DNA of 64,000 nt from Eledone cirrhosa (lineage: Eukaryota): the NCBI GenBank assembly GCA_964016885.1, contig OZ024744.1, positions 91,822,001-91,886,000 of the forward strand, given 5' to 3'. Shown here piece by piece: positions 24,654-36,199 of this stretch. Under the pieces are notes generated by a model. The model was given only the letters and a program-made list of their open reading frames with translations. It did no database searches and was not told the origin of the DNA. Numbering within the stretch: the stretch's first letter is position 1; each line of letters starts with the position of its first letter. The position numbers and the translations under genes are program-made.

Positions 24654-24695
<42 letters not shown>

Positions 24696-24807
24696 TAAGA
24701 GGAATTCCAACTTTGTCTGATTTACTCGTTTTATTTACAATCCTTTAAAATGTATAATGGTATTAGAATGAAATAGTATGGTAGAATATTAAATGTAAAG
24801 TGTTAAT

Positions 24808-24846
24808 TGAACAAGTACTTTCATGCTTTCGAAATCTTCAGGTTCA
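24808..24846 (-). ncRNA. Minimal type I hammerhead-like motif with damaged stem II
   Basis: Minus strand tgaac-CTGAAGA-tttcgaaagcat-GAAA-gtac-TT-gttca. Perfect stem I, canonical core and palindromic stem III, in a ~230-bp island within (TA)n. Confidence 0.55.
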
Positions 24847-24914
24847 CATTGTGTGGTGACAGTCAAGTTTGCAATTTGCAAACTCTCTTTTCATGGATTT
24901 TCCGACGGAATTAC

Positions 24915-24962
<48 letters not shown>

Positions 24963-25289
24963 AGAAGTTTACGAAATGGAAATGCGGGTATATAGAATTT
25001 ATTAGGTAACAATTGTTACTAATTATTTATTAGGTAACAATTTTTACTAATTCTATACATATATATATATATATATATATTTATGTATACATTTTTTTCC
25101 TCTGTTGAGAAATAAAGTAATTAAACAAATAAAAATAAAATGAAGTAAATTTCAAAAACTAGAAATTACCTGATTCAATAATCCAATTTTGTGTTTTCTC
25201 GTTATAGAGTACATACCTGAACATAACGCTAATGACTTCTGCAAGAGAATGGTGGAAAGAGTAAATGGTATGTTAATTTTAAATATCAG

Positions 25290-25371
25290 TAATCATCGTT
25301 ACCATCACTACCATCATCATCATCATCACTAGTATCACAATCATTAGCATCACAACCACCAACAGCATCGC

Positions 25372-25415
<44 letters not shown>

Positions 25416-25605
25416 CAACCACCAACAGCATCGCAATCATCATCGCAATCATCATCATCATCATCATCATCACAACCACCAACAGCATCACAATCATCAC
25501 TACCATCATCATCATCATCATCATCATCATCACAACCACCAACAGCATCACAATCATCACTACCATCATCATCATCATCATCATCACAACCACCAACAGC
25601 ATCAC

Positions 25606-25652
<47 letters not shown>

Positions 25653-25683
25653 CAACCACCAACAGCATCACAATCATCACTAC

Positions 25684-25715
<32 letters not shown>

Positions 25716-25787
25716 CAACCATCACTACCATCATCATCATCATCATCATCATCATCACTAACATCATAACCATCACTACCATTGCAA

Positions 25788-25818
<31 letters not shown>

Positions 25819-27080
25819 CAACCATCATCATCACAACCATCAACAGCAATACAATCGTCATCATCATCATCATCATAACAACCATCAGTACCATCACAAC
25901 CATCATGATCATCATCATAACCATCATAACCATCACTACCATCACAACCGTCACAAACATCAAAACCACCAACAGCATCACAATCATCACAACCATCATA
26001 ATGATAATCATCACCACCATCATTACCATCAACAGCATCACAATCATCATCACCATCACCACTATAACAATCACCACTACCATCATTATCATCACCACCA
26101 TCATCACCATCACCATCACATCCATCTTTACAACCATCACCACCATCATCACCATCACCATCACATCCATCTTTACAACCATCACCACCATCATCACCAT
26201 CACCATCACATCCATCTTTACAACCATCACCACCATCATCACCATCACCATCACATCCATTACAACCATCACCACCATCACTACCATCACCATCACATCC
26301 ATCTTTACAACCATCACCACCATCACCATCACATCCATCTTTACAACCATCACCACCATCATCACCATCACCATCACATCCATCTTTACAACCATCACCA
26401 CCATCATCACCATCACCATCACATCCATCTTTACAACCATCACCACCATCATCATCACCACCATCATCATCACCACCATCACATCCATCTTTACAACCAT
26501 CACCACCATCACCACCATCACCATCACAACCATCACAACCATCACCACCATCATCACCATCACCATCACATCCATTACAACCATCACCACCATCACCACC
26601 ATCACCATCACAACCATCACAACCATCACCACCATCATCACCATCACCATCACATCCATCTTTACAACCATCACCACCATCATCACCATCACCATCACAT
26701 CCATTACAACCATCACCACCATCACCATCACATCCATTACAACCATCACCACCATCACATCCATCTTTACAACCATCACCACCATCATCACCACATCCAT
26801 CTTTACAACCATCACCACCATCATCACCATCACCATCACAACCGCTACAATCACCGTCATCACAACCCTGCGCCACTATCATCACCACTATCATCATCAC
26901 AACCATCACAACCACTAGTATCACCACCGCCAACAACCTCTCCACAAACAACATCTCCACCTCCAACGTCACCACCTCCAACATCACCACCAGTGACATC
27001 ACCAACATTATCAACGTCACCACCTTCATCGTTATTATCATCACTGTCACCAACATAACCACCACCAAAATGATCATAAC
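25290..27080. repeat. (CAT/CAC)n compound micro/minisatellite
   Basis: Direct inspection; higher-order units such as catcacatccatctttacaaccatcaccac. Confidence 0.95.
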
Positions 27081-27610
27081 GCTCACTATCATAGGTGCTT
27101 TTTTTTTTTGTCTTGGCACCACCGCTACCACTTTACAGAGTGGACTAGGTGCTTTTTTTGTTGTGGTACCAGCACAACCACCTTGCAGAGGGTACAGTTT
27201 TTATATATAGAGAATGAAAAGACCAATGGAAACATGGTTTCCTCAGTCAGTTAAATGTTTTCATCTGATAGTTTGTGTCATAAAATAATGAAGTGAATGC
27301 TGATTTTAAAATTAAAGATAGCTATTAACTGAGAATAAGATTAAATAAATCAGACAAATATTTAAGAATAAATAAATAACTCAAAGAATTTATTTCAGCT
27401 GCATGTAGCTAAAACCATTCACAACTGTCTTTATGCTTGTGTACTACATATTTAGATCTTGTAACACATGAAACCATATTTGAAAAACGTTCTTGTAAAA
27501 TATCACTATGATGGCATCACATTAAAAAGTAAAGTCTAAACGCTAATACTAGAAATTTTCACTATCTATCAACTAGTAAAAATACTATAAACATTTGGAT
27601 TAACAAACTA

Positions 27611-29025
27611 CATGAAACCACATTAACAAGACATTGTTGAAAAGTACAAAACAGTACTATGACTGTATCACATTAACTCTTAACGTCCTGTACCACATGA
27701 AACCACATTAACAAGACATTGTTGAAAAGTACTAAACAGTACAATGACTGTATCACATTAACTGTTAACACCCTGTACCACATGAAACCACATTAACAAG
27801 ACATTGTTAAAAAGTACAAAACAGTACTATGACTGTATCACATTAACTGTTAACATCCTGTACCACGTGAAACCACATTAACAAGACATTGTTGAAAAGT
27901 ACAAAACAGTACTATGACTGTATCACATTAACTGTTAACATCCTGTACCACATGAAACCACATTAACAAGACATTGTTGAAAAGTACAAAACAGTACTAT
28001 GACTGTATCACATTAACTGTTAACATCCTGTACCACATGAAACCACATTAACAAGACATTGTTGAAAAGTACAAAACAGTACAATGACTGTATCACATTA
28101 ACTCTTAACATCCTGTACCACATGAAACCACATTAACAAGACATTGTTGAAAAGTACAAAACAGTACTATGACTGTATCACATTAACTGTTAACATCCTG
28201 TACCACATGAAACCACATTAACAAGACATTGTTGAAAAGTACAAAACAGTACTATGACTGTATCACATTAACTCTTAACATCCTGTACCACATGAAACCA
28301 CATTAACAAGACATTGTTGAAAAGTACAAAACAGTACTATGACTGTATCACATTAACTGTTAACATCCTGTACCACATGAAACCACATTAACAAGACATT
28401 GTTGAAAAGTACAAAACAGTACTATGACTGTATCACATTAACTCTTAACATCCTGTACCACACAAAACCACATTAACAAGACATTGTTGAAAAGTACAAA
28501 ACAGTACATTGACTGTATCACATTAACTCTTAACATCCTGTACCACATGAAACCACATTAACAAGACATTGTTAAAAAGTACAAAACAGTACTATGACTG
28601 TATCACATTAACTCTTAACATCCTGTACCACATGAAACCACATTAACAAGACATTGTTGAAAAGTACAAAACAGTACTATAACTGTATCACATTAACTGT
28701 TAACATCCTGTACCACATGAAACCACATTAACAAGACATTGCTGAAAAGTACAAAACAGTACTATGACTGTATCACATTAACTCTTAACATCCTGTACCA
28801 CATGAAACCACTTTAACAAGACATTGTTGAAAAGTACAAAACAGTACTATGACTGTATCACATTAACTGTTAACATCCTGTACCACATGAAACCACATTA
28901 ACAAGACATTGTTGAAAAGTACAAAACAGGTATCACATTAACTCTTAACATCCTGTACCACATGAAACGACATTAGAAAGACATTCTTGAAAAGTACAAA
29001 ACTCTACTATGACTGTATCACATTA
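27611..29025. repeat. 85-bp minisatellite, ~16.5 copies
   Basis: Unit catgaaaccacattaacaagacattgttgaaaagtacaaaacagtactatgactgtatcacattaactgttaacatcctgtacca; starts at 27781, 27866, 27951. Confidence 0.95.
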
Positions 29026-29289
29026 AAAATGAAAGCTTTCACTGCCAAATTTGCACTAGAATGACCTGTCCTCTAAGCAAGATATTATCAACGTTTGCAT
29101 TAATAAATCTGTGTTTTTATATTTTGATATTTTCTGTTAGATCAGTGTAGGATACTAAGAGATGAACAAAAAAAGCTGTGATTTGAGTAAAACAGAAAAA
29201 GTAATTGAGGAGTGGAATATATAATTTCATAGATGTATATTCTAGAAAGAAACATTATCACTATAAGCAAATATACTATTTGCCCTTCT

Positions 29290-29340
29290 ATATGTGTGTC
29301 TGTGTGTGTGTGTGTGTGTCTGTGTCTGTGTGTGTGTGTC

Positions 29341-29373
<33 letters not shown>

Positions 29374-30300
29374 GCGTCTGTGTGGATGTGTAGGTGCGTG
29401 TGTGTTTGTGTATCTGTATGTGTATTTGTGATGTGTTAGTGTGTGTATATTTGTGTTTGTGTATGTGTGTGCGTTTGTTATTGTTTGTATGTTTGTGCAT
29501 GTGTGTGTGTTTATGTATGTGCGTGTGTTTGTTTCTGTGTGTGTATGTTTGTGTTTGTGTATCTGTATGTGTATTTGTGATGTGTTAGTGTGTGTATGTT
29601 TGTGTTTGTGTATGTGTATGTGTGTGTGTGTGTTTGTGTATGTGCGTGTGTTTGTTATTGTTTGTATGTTTGTGCATGTGTGTGTGTTTATGTATGTGCG
29701 TGTGTTTGTTTCTGTGTGTGTATGTTTGTGTTTGTGTGTGCTTGTGTATCTGTATGTGTATTTGTGATGTGTTAGTGTGTGTATGTTTGTGGTTGTGTAT
29801 GTGTGTGTGTTTGTGTATGTGCATGTGTTTGTTTGTGTGTGTGTGCGTGTGTTTATGTGTAAGTGTGTGCGTATGTTTATGTGCATGTATTTGTTTGTGC
29901 CAGTGTCCGGTCGGCATGGTCAGCCGACCGGACACTGCCCACAACAGGACAACCCGTCTAACCCATGCTAGCATGGAAGAACGGACGTAAAACGGTGATA
30001 ATGATGATGATATGTATGCGTGTGTGTGTTTGTGTGCGTGTCTTTGTTTCTGCGTGTGTGTATGTATGTTTGTGTGCGTGTGTTTGTTTGTGTGTACGTA
30101 CATGGATGTGTATGCATGTGTTTCTTTGTGTGTGTGTGTGTGTGTACGTGTATTTTTGTGCGCATTTATGCATGTGTGCGTGCGTGTGTTTGCATGAGTG
30201 TGTGTGTGCGCGTTTTTGCGTGAGTGTATGTGAGTGTGTATGCATGAGTGGGTGTATTTCTTTGCATATGTGAATGTGTCTGCATGTGTGTATGTGTGTT
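29290..30300. repeat. (TG)n-rich degenerate microsatellite interrupted by an RTE 3' stub at 29901-30010
   Basis: The stub ends cccatgctagcatggaagaacggacgtaaaacgg(tga)n. Confidence 0.85.
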
Positions 30301-30714
30301 AGAAAGAACAAGGAAGAAAGAAAGGAAGGAAGATAGGAAGGAAGCTAGATAGACAGACAGAAGTTGAATTATTCTAAACTATATATATACTGTCTCAGGA
30401 TATATTAAACTAGAAATCTTTAACTCTTTCATTGCTACATTATAGGACTATGATTTTCAAATAATTTTGAAAATAATCAAGAATTTGGAGAAATTTAGGA
30501 ATATAACTAAACTTTCTCATTATTAAGTTAATGTTTGGAACATAACTTAACAAAGGTTCTTGTATAAAATTATGATGGAAACTTTTTAGATAAATATAAA
30601 CACTTTAAACCTTTTGTTACCATCTAAACTATAATAAGGGAAGGTCCTCACGGACTGCGTACGGTTTATTTCTTTTAATCCAGTTAGTAAAATAAGTTGG
30701 ATTACTTTGAATAA

Positions 30715-31090
30715 ATAATTGTTTCTACTTTTGGCACAAGGCCAGCAATAACCCAGTGCATTACTGGTATTTTATTTTATCGACCCCGTAAGGATGAAAG
30801 GCAAAGTTACTTTGAATAAATAATTGTTTCTACTTTTGGCACAAGGCCATAAATTACCCAGTGCATTACTGGTACTTTATTTTATCGACCCCGTAAGGAT
30901 GAAAGGTAAAGTTAACTTTGAATAAATAATGAATGAATATTACATAATTTATGTACAAAACTTCGTAAACAAAAATAAATAATTGTTTCTACTTTTGGCA
31001 CAAGGCCAGCAATTATCCCAGTGCATTACTGGTACTTTATTTTATCGACCCCGTAAGGATGAAAGGCAAAGTTAACCTCGGCGGGATTTA
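30715..31090 (-). mobile_element. Three tandem partial family A SINE copies
   Basis: Three repeats of taattgtttctacttttggcacaaggcc..cgaccccgtaaggatgaaagg. Confidence 0.85.
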
Positions 31091-31574
31091 AAATAAATAA
31101 TGAATGATAATTTCGTAAAAATAAATAATTTAAAATTTACTTCTTTTCAAATTTTCAAACGCCTACACTTCCGGTATATCGTCGCCACCATCACCACTTC
31201 AACTACCATATATATAGAAAGAGAGAGTGTGTAATGAGAGAGATAAAGAGATTATGATTTTCTACACGCTGACGCGTATGAGTGTGCATATACATACATC
31301 TATATGTATGAGTATATAACTATTATGAGTATATAACTATATTCGTGCAAACACAAACTTATAAAAATACATTCTCACGGACATAATTCACACAAATACA
31401 CATAGATTCACACAAACTCACACATACAGTCATGATAGCGTTCGGTGAGTTGGAGATGGGAGGGTAAAACAAGTATAACGTTTTATTTATTTATTAACTC
31501 TTTATTTATTTATTAACTCTTTATTTATTTATTAACTCTTTTTTTTAAAACTCATTTAATATGGTAAGTGTAAA

Positions 31575-32050
31575 AGCCAAACTCGCTGTCTTCCTGGTAT
31601 TCCTGCCAACTCTTACCGAGGATCATGAATCTTGAGTAATGACCAAAAGAATACAATTTCAAATAAAAGTGGCAGAAATGGGATTCCTCCGAAGGGTCTT
31701 TGGAGTAGTGTTACTCGATAAAGTTCATAGCTCAGAGACCAGAGAGTCACTCCTGGTAGAACCACTACTTCTCCGAATTGAGAGATCACAACTCCGATAT
31801 TATGAGCATGTGGTTAGAATGTCTCAGTAAAGGATTGCTGGACACATTTTACAGGTAAAACCAGCCGCCAAGAGACCCAGAGGTAGACCCTGAGCAAGAC
31901 AGTTGGATAACATCCATGAGCTTGGCTGGTCACGCTTTGGGATCCAGCTGGATCAGTTACAGATGTTTGCTACTGACAGACTCGCTGGAAGGAGTGTTTG
32001 AGAAGGACTCTGCCCCCATGACCCTCTCAGAAATAAGTGGGTGAAGAAGA
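31575..32050 (+). mobile_element. Old RTE (Expander/Rex3-like) 3' fragment
   Basis: AEMGFLRRVFGV..EPLLLRIERSQLRYYEHVVRM, then RPRGRP with stops; ends near gaagaaga. Confidence 0.75.
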
Positions 32051-33169
32051 AGACATTGTCAATTTACTTTTCAATTTACATATATCTGTATGCATATATA
32101 TTTGCGTATAATACCGATATGCACACTACATATGCTAGCAGAAAACGCCCGAAGGGTGGTTTTTCTGCTAGTATTTCTAATGAAAGACACTATCTATGGT
32201 TTTCAAATAATTTTGGAAATAATTAAGAATTTGGAGAGATTTAGATATAGAACTAACTGGTGTTTGTAACATAACGTAATAGTGGTCCTTACATCAAATT
32301 ATGATGGAAGGTTTTTTTTAGATAAATATAAACCCATTAAAATAAATAGTTTTCCTTATTGTCAAACCAGGAATGGTTTCAGGCAGTTTTGGTATCAAAA
32401 GAAGCAGGTGGATGGAACATAACAACAATTCTTACATAAAATTATGCTGGAAAGTTTTTAGATAAATATAAACACTTTAACTCTTTCATGACCATATTTC
32501 TAATGAAATACACTCTATTTCAATTAGTTAATGAAGAATTTTGAAAGATTTACTAAAATTATCCTAAATTTTATTACTAAGATTGTAACTTAATGTATAG
32601 TTCATATATAAAATGGTGTTGGAAGATTTTAATTTAAATTGGAAATCTTTAAAATGGATGGGTTTGTTTCATAGAACCAGAGCCAGTTTTAGCCAGGTTG
32701 GTAACTAAAGGGTTAATCCTTTAGTTACCATATTTCTAATGAAAGAAACTGCCTATGGTTTTTATATAAAACTATGATGGAAGGTTTTTAGATATAAACA
32801 CTTTAAAATAAACATTTTTTTTTAATTGTAAAACCAAAGGCAGTTTCAGGCTGTTTGATATCAAAAGTGTTAAACCAATTTATAGGTTGGGGGAAGTGTA
32901 AGTTCCCTACTAAGAAATCAAACAAAAGAACAGGACTGGATTTAGACCATGGGGTGGGGACATGACTGGATTTAGACCATGGGGCCTGGTGCGCCCCCCC
33001 CCCTCTTTACATAAAAATTATAATACACAACAAACTGCCAAAATTACATATTACCCCTACCTGTTGCATGTATCTGGAATTGACAAGTTACTCATACATA
33101 CAAATGTTAAATGCCACCACCCCCACCAAAAAAAAAATGACCTGTAATACATAAATGTAATATGAAAAT

Positions 33170-33280
33170 GCTTCCAGCCATATCATGCTGAAAACATCGG
33201 TTCTTGTTCGATCACCAAAGTTAAGCAACATCAAGGCTAGTTAGTACTTAAATGGGTGACCGCTTGGGAAACCTAGTGTT
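33170..33280 (+). pseudogene. 5S rRNA pseudogene (3'-clipped)
   Basis: gcttccagccatatcatgctgaaaacatcggttcttgttcgatcaccaaagttaagcaacatc..ttagtacttaaatgggtgaccgcttgggaa follows the metazoan 5S consensus with many CpG-type substitutions. Confidence 0.88.
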
Positions 33281-33660
33281 CATCATCATCATCATCATCA
33301 TCATCGTCGATTAACGTTTATCTTCCACGCTAGCATGGGTTAGACAGGTTTGTCCCATTTAGAGGCAAGATGGGTCGGGTGACCGTGTCTCGCTCATATA
33401 GGAGAGTTTTTTGCTAGTTTTCTACGGTTGAATGCCCTTCCTAACACCAACCACATTGACAGTGTGTGCTGGGTGCTTTTTGTTGTGTCTTTTACACGTC
33501 CACTTTACAGTGTAGACTGGGTGTTTTGGGGCTGGTTTTCTACAGATCGATGTCCTTCCTAATGCCAACCACATTTACTGAGTGTGTTGAGTGCTTTTTG
33601 TCGTGACACCTACACAACCACTTTACAGTGTGGCCTAGATGTTCTTTACAGTGTGGACTG
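33281..33660 (-). mobile_element. RTE-type 3'UTR fragment with (TGA)n tail
   Basis: (cat)n, ttccacgctagcatgggtt and gcccttcctaacaccaaccac motifs, as in the RTE 3'UTR. Confidence 0.75.
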
Positions 33661-33924
33661 GGCACTTTTGTCTTTCATCCATCCAAGATTGATAACAAAA
33701 AGATAAAGCACCAGTCTGGTACTGGGGTAGATTCTTCCTTTATATCACTTTCTCACTTTCTTTCTTTTACTCTCTCTATCCTTCTCTGGAAGAAATCTGC
33801 TGTATTTAGACCTGAAGAGGATTGGGTTCCACCAGGTTTTAAAAATGCCCTAGAAACACTGTATGTCAATATGACATCCCTATAACTCCCTTGGGAGTTA
33901 CAGACCCATGCCATGCATGCATAC

Positions 33925-34146
33925 TGTTATAATGGTGTGACACACCTGTTTTGTATATCTGTACGAAACGAAGGTAAAACCTAAGGTATTCACCAGGTGT
34001 AATTCCAAACTACCAACGAGAGACTACAACGAGACTCCGTACAAGAAAGTCTCCATGACGGTTCACTTTAGTTCTTATTTATAGTCTTTTCACCTAGTCC
34101 ACTTTTAGTTATGCAGGGGTGTTCAGGGTTTTTTTCCCTCACAACA
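33925..34146 (-). mobile_element. Probable solo LTR (222 bp)
   Basis: TGTT...AACA termini; 5-bp direct repeat catac at 33920-33924 and 34147-34151; TATA-like ctataaataag on the minus strand. Confidence 0.6.
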
Positions 34147-35235
34147 CATACTGAGATATTAGTAAAATTTATTCATGAAATTCATGTAGCTTCTTGTGAC
34201 TACATGAATCACATGAGGAAATTTTACTAAAAGCAGTGACTGCGACTGCTCAGCTTCTCTGCTACTCTGCTCAAGTATGTACTTATTGACTGTACAACCA
34301 TCCCCATACCTAAACCCACTCGACACACCAATCTCCCTCTTCACTCCCCCACCCCAACCACACATATATCTACTGAAGATTATATTCCCTAAGTTTTTAT
34401 ATTTTTGTTTTTATTATACAAACCACTTTGACAATATCATTAAGAATGTCTGCAACATATATATATACAAATATAATGTGTGTATGTATATGTATGTATG
34501 TATGTGTGTGTATATGTATGTATGTATATATGTATGTATGTATGTTTATGTATGTATGTATGTATGTATGTATGTATGTGTTTATGTATGTATGAGTGCA
34601 TGTATGTATGTATGTATGTATGTATGTGTTTATGTATGTATGTATGCATGAGTGTATGTATGTTTGTATGTATGTATGTGTGTGTATATGTATGTATGTA
34701 TATATGATTGTATGTATGTTTATGTATGTATATGTTTATGTATGTATGTATATGTTTGTGTAAATGTATGCTTGTGTATGTGTGTGTATGTGTATGTATG
34801 TATGTATGCAACACCATTAATTATTAATATATATATGGGTTTTTTGGGGGGTTTGTTTTGTGCAATGGCTATACTTGATAACTAGGGGGCAGCCACCATG
34901 TATGTATGTTTGTAAGTATATGTGTATATATCTAAGAGTGCAAGACCTTTCTCCACTTAAAAATCCTTCAAAGCACAGGCATTGTTTGTTCAGGATATGT
35001 TACAGGTTTGTGTGGCTGGCCGTAGCCTAAAAGTGCACCAAACTCTATAATCTGACAGTGATTGCAATACTCATAGCAAAGTACTTGGTGAGGAGGGTGA
35101 TTTTGGACACCCTGCAGGACAAAAAACAAAACCTGACAAAGGGCGGAAGAACTCATGAATCAACAGCCATTCAAAGAAGTGTGTAAATATGTATGTACAT
35201 GTGTATGTATGTATGTATGTATGTATGTATGTATG

Positions 35236-35790
35236 GTCGGGTCGTTGGCGACTAAACTGGCAACCCCACCAAGGTTTCTTGGTGAGGAGGGTGACTTTGG
35301 ACATCCTGCAGGACTAAAAACAAAACCTGTCAAAGGGAAAAGGAGCTCTTAAGAGTCAATGGCCATCCAAAATCACCGGGAGAGATGACCCCTTAGCCTT
35401 TGTCAAGGCAGAATTCTAGGAGAAGGAAAACTCTGATATAACACCTGCAACCCTGATGGTATCCAATGATGTTGACTTGTTCTTCTTTTTGGTAAATATC
35501 ATCTTGGTTAAGAGAGTGGGACTGGCTTTGTGCAGTGCCTTTGCTCACTATAAAAGCTTCACGGCACAGGCATTGCTTTGTATCTGGAGATCTCTCTGCA
35601 CTTGTCGTCACATGGTACCATGGGCCCAGCACTGTGTCAGTAATTGTCACAAGTGTAGTGTTTGTACCAGAGTTTTCAAGTCGCTGGCTGGACTAAAAAG
35701 TCACACTCGTTCAGCGCATCGGTAGGGGTTCTCCTACATGGATATAAAGTAGTGGCCGTACTCGAAAACGAGTTGGCAGCCACCATGTAT
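35236..35790 (+). mobile_element. Short non-autonomous RTE-like element with (TATG)n tail
   Basis: 5'UTR-like segment joined to a C2H2 finger remnant (CSVCTRVFKSLAGLKSHTRSAH) and the end ggccgtactcgaaaacgagttggcagccacc(atgt)n. Confidence 0.6.
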
Positions 35791-35857
35791 GTATGTATGT
35801 ATGTATGTATGTATGTATGTATGTATGTATATGCGTGTGTACATATGTATATATATG

Positions 35858-36190
35858 TGCGGGGACATAGATATAATTGGGCTGGATACCCGATCCCGCA
35901 GCTAAACCAGTGGGAGTGCAGGACCCCTAGCCTTTGTCAGGGCATTCTTCTAGGAGAAGGCAACACCGACATAAAACCTGCGCCTCAGTAGTTACCGATG
36001 ATGTTGATCTTTTTTTCTTTTTGGGTTATAGCTACTGTCGCTCAGAGAGTGGGATTGGCTCAGTGCAGAGTCTTTCCTCACTTTAAAAAAATCTTCACGC
36101 ACAGGCATTGCATGATAGAATTAATTAATAATTATTAATAATGCTATATCGTGCAATGGCCATACTCGATAACGAGGGGACAGCCATCAT
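35858..36190 (+). mobile_element. Short (TATG)-family retroelement; second copy at 40128-40453
   Basis: Two similar copies that share blocks with 35385-35575; this copy has the terminal ggccatactcgataacgag..cagccatc motif. Confidence 0.65.
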
Positions 36191-36199
36191 ATATCTAAG

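Larger units (their letters stand above)
23487..24660 (-). mobile_element. Non-coding 595-bp tandem unit (1.5 copies) plus inverted partial copy, carrying hammerhead ribozymes
   Basis: 23487-23790 is repeated at 24082-24388 (offset 595). 24394-24660 is the reverse complement of ~23917-24183. Flanked by (TA)n on both sides. Confidence 0.85.

Noticed and set aside
25279-27131. Long Met/Val, Asp/Gly/Cys and Thr/Ile ORFs
   Set aside because: Open in several frames on both strands because CAT/CAC repeats lack stops; no evidence of coding.
27611-29025. 85-bp array as CRISPR or coding repeat
   Set aside because: Whole units repeat, the length is not a multiple of 3, and there is no long ORF.
29053-29085. 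CTRMTCPL resembling the missing MAK16 segment
   Set aside because: It lies upstream of the MAK16 ATG (wrong order), the flanking residues do not match and there are no splice signals.
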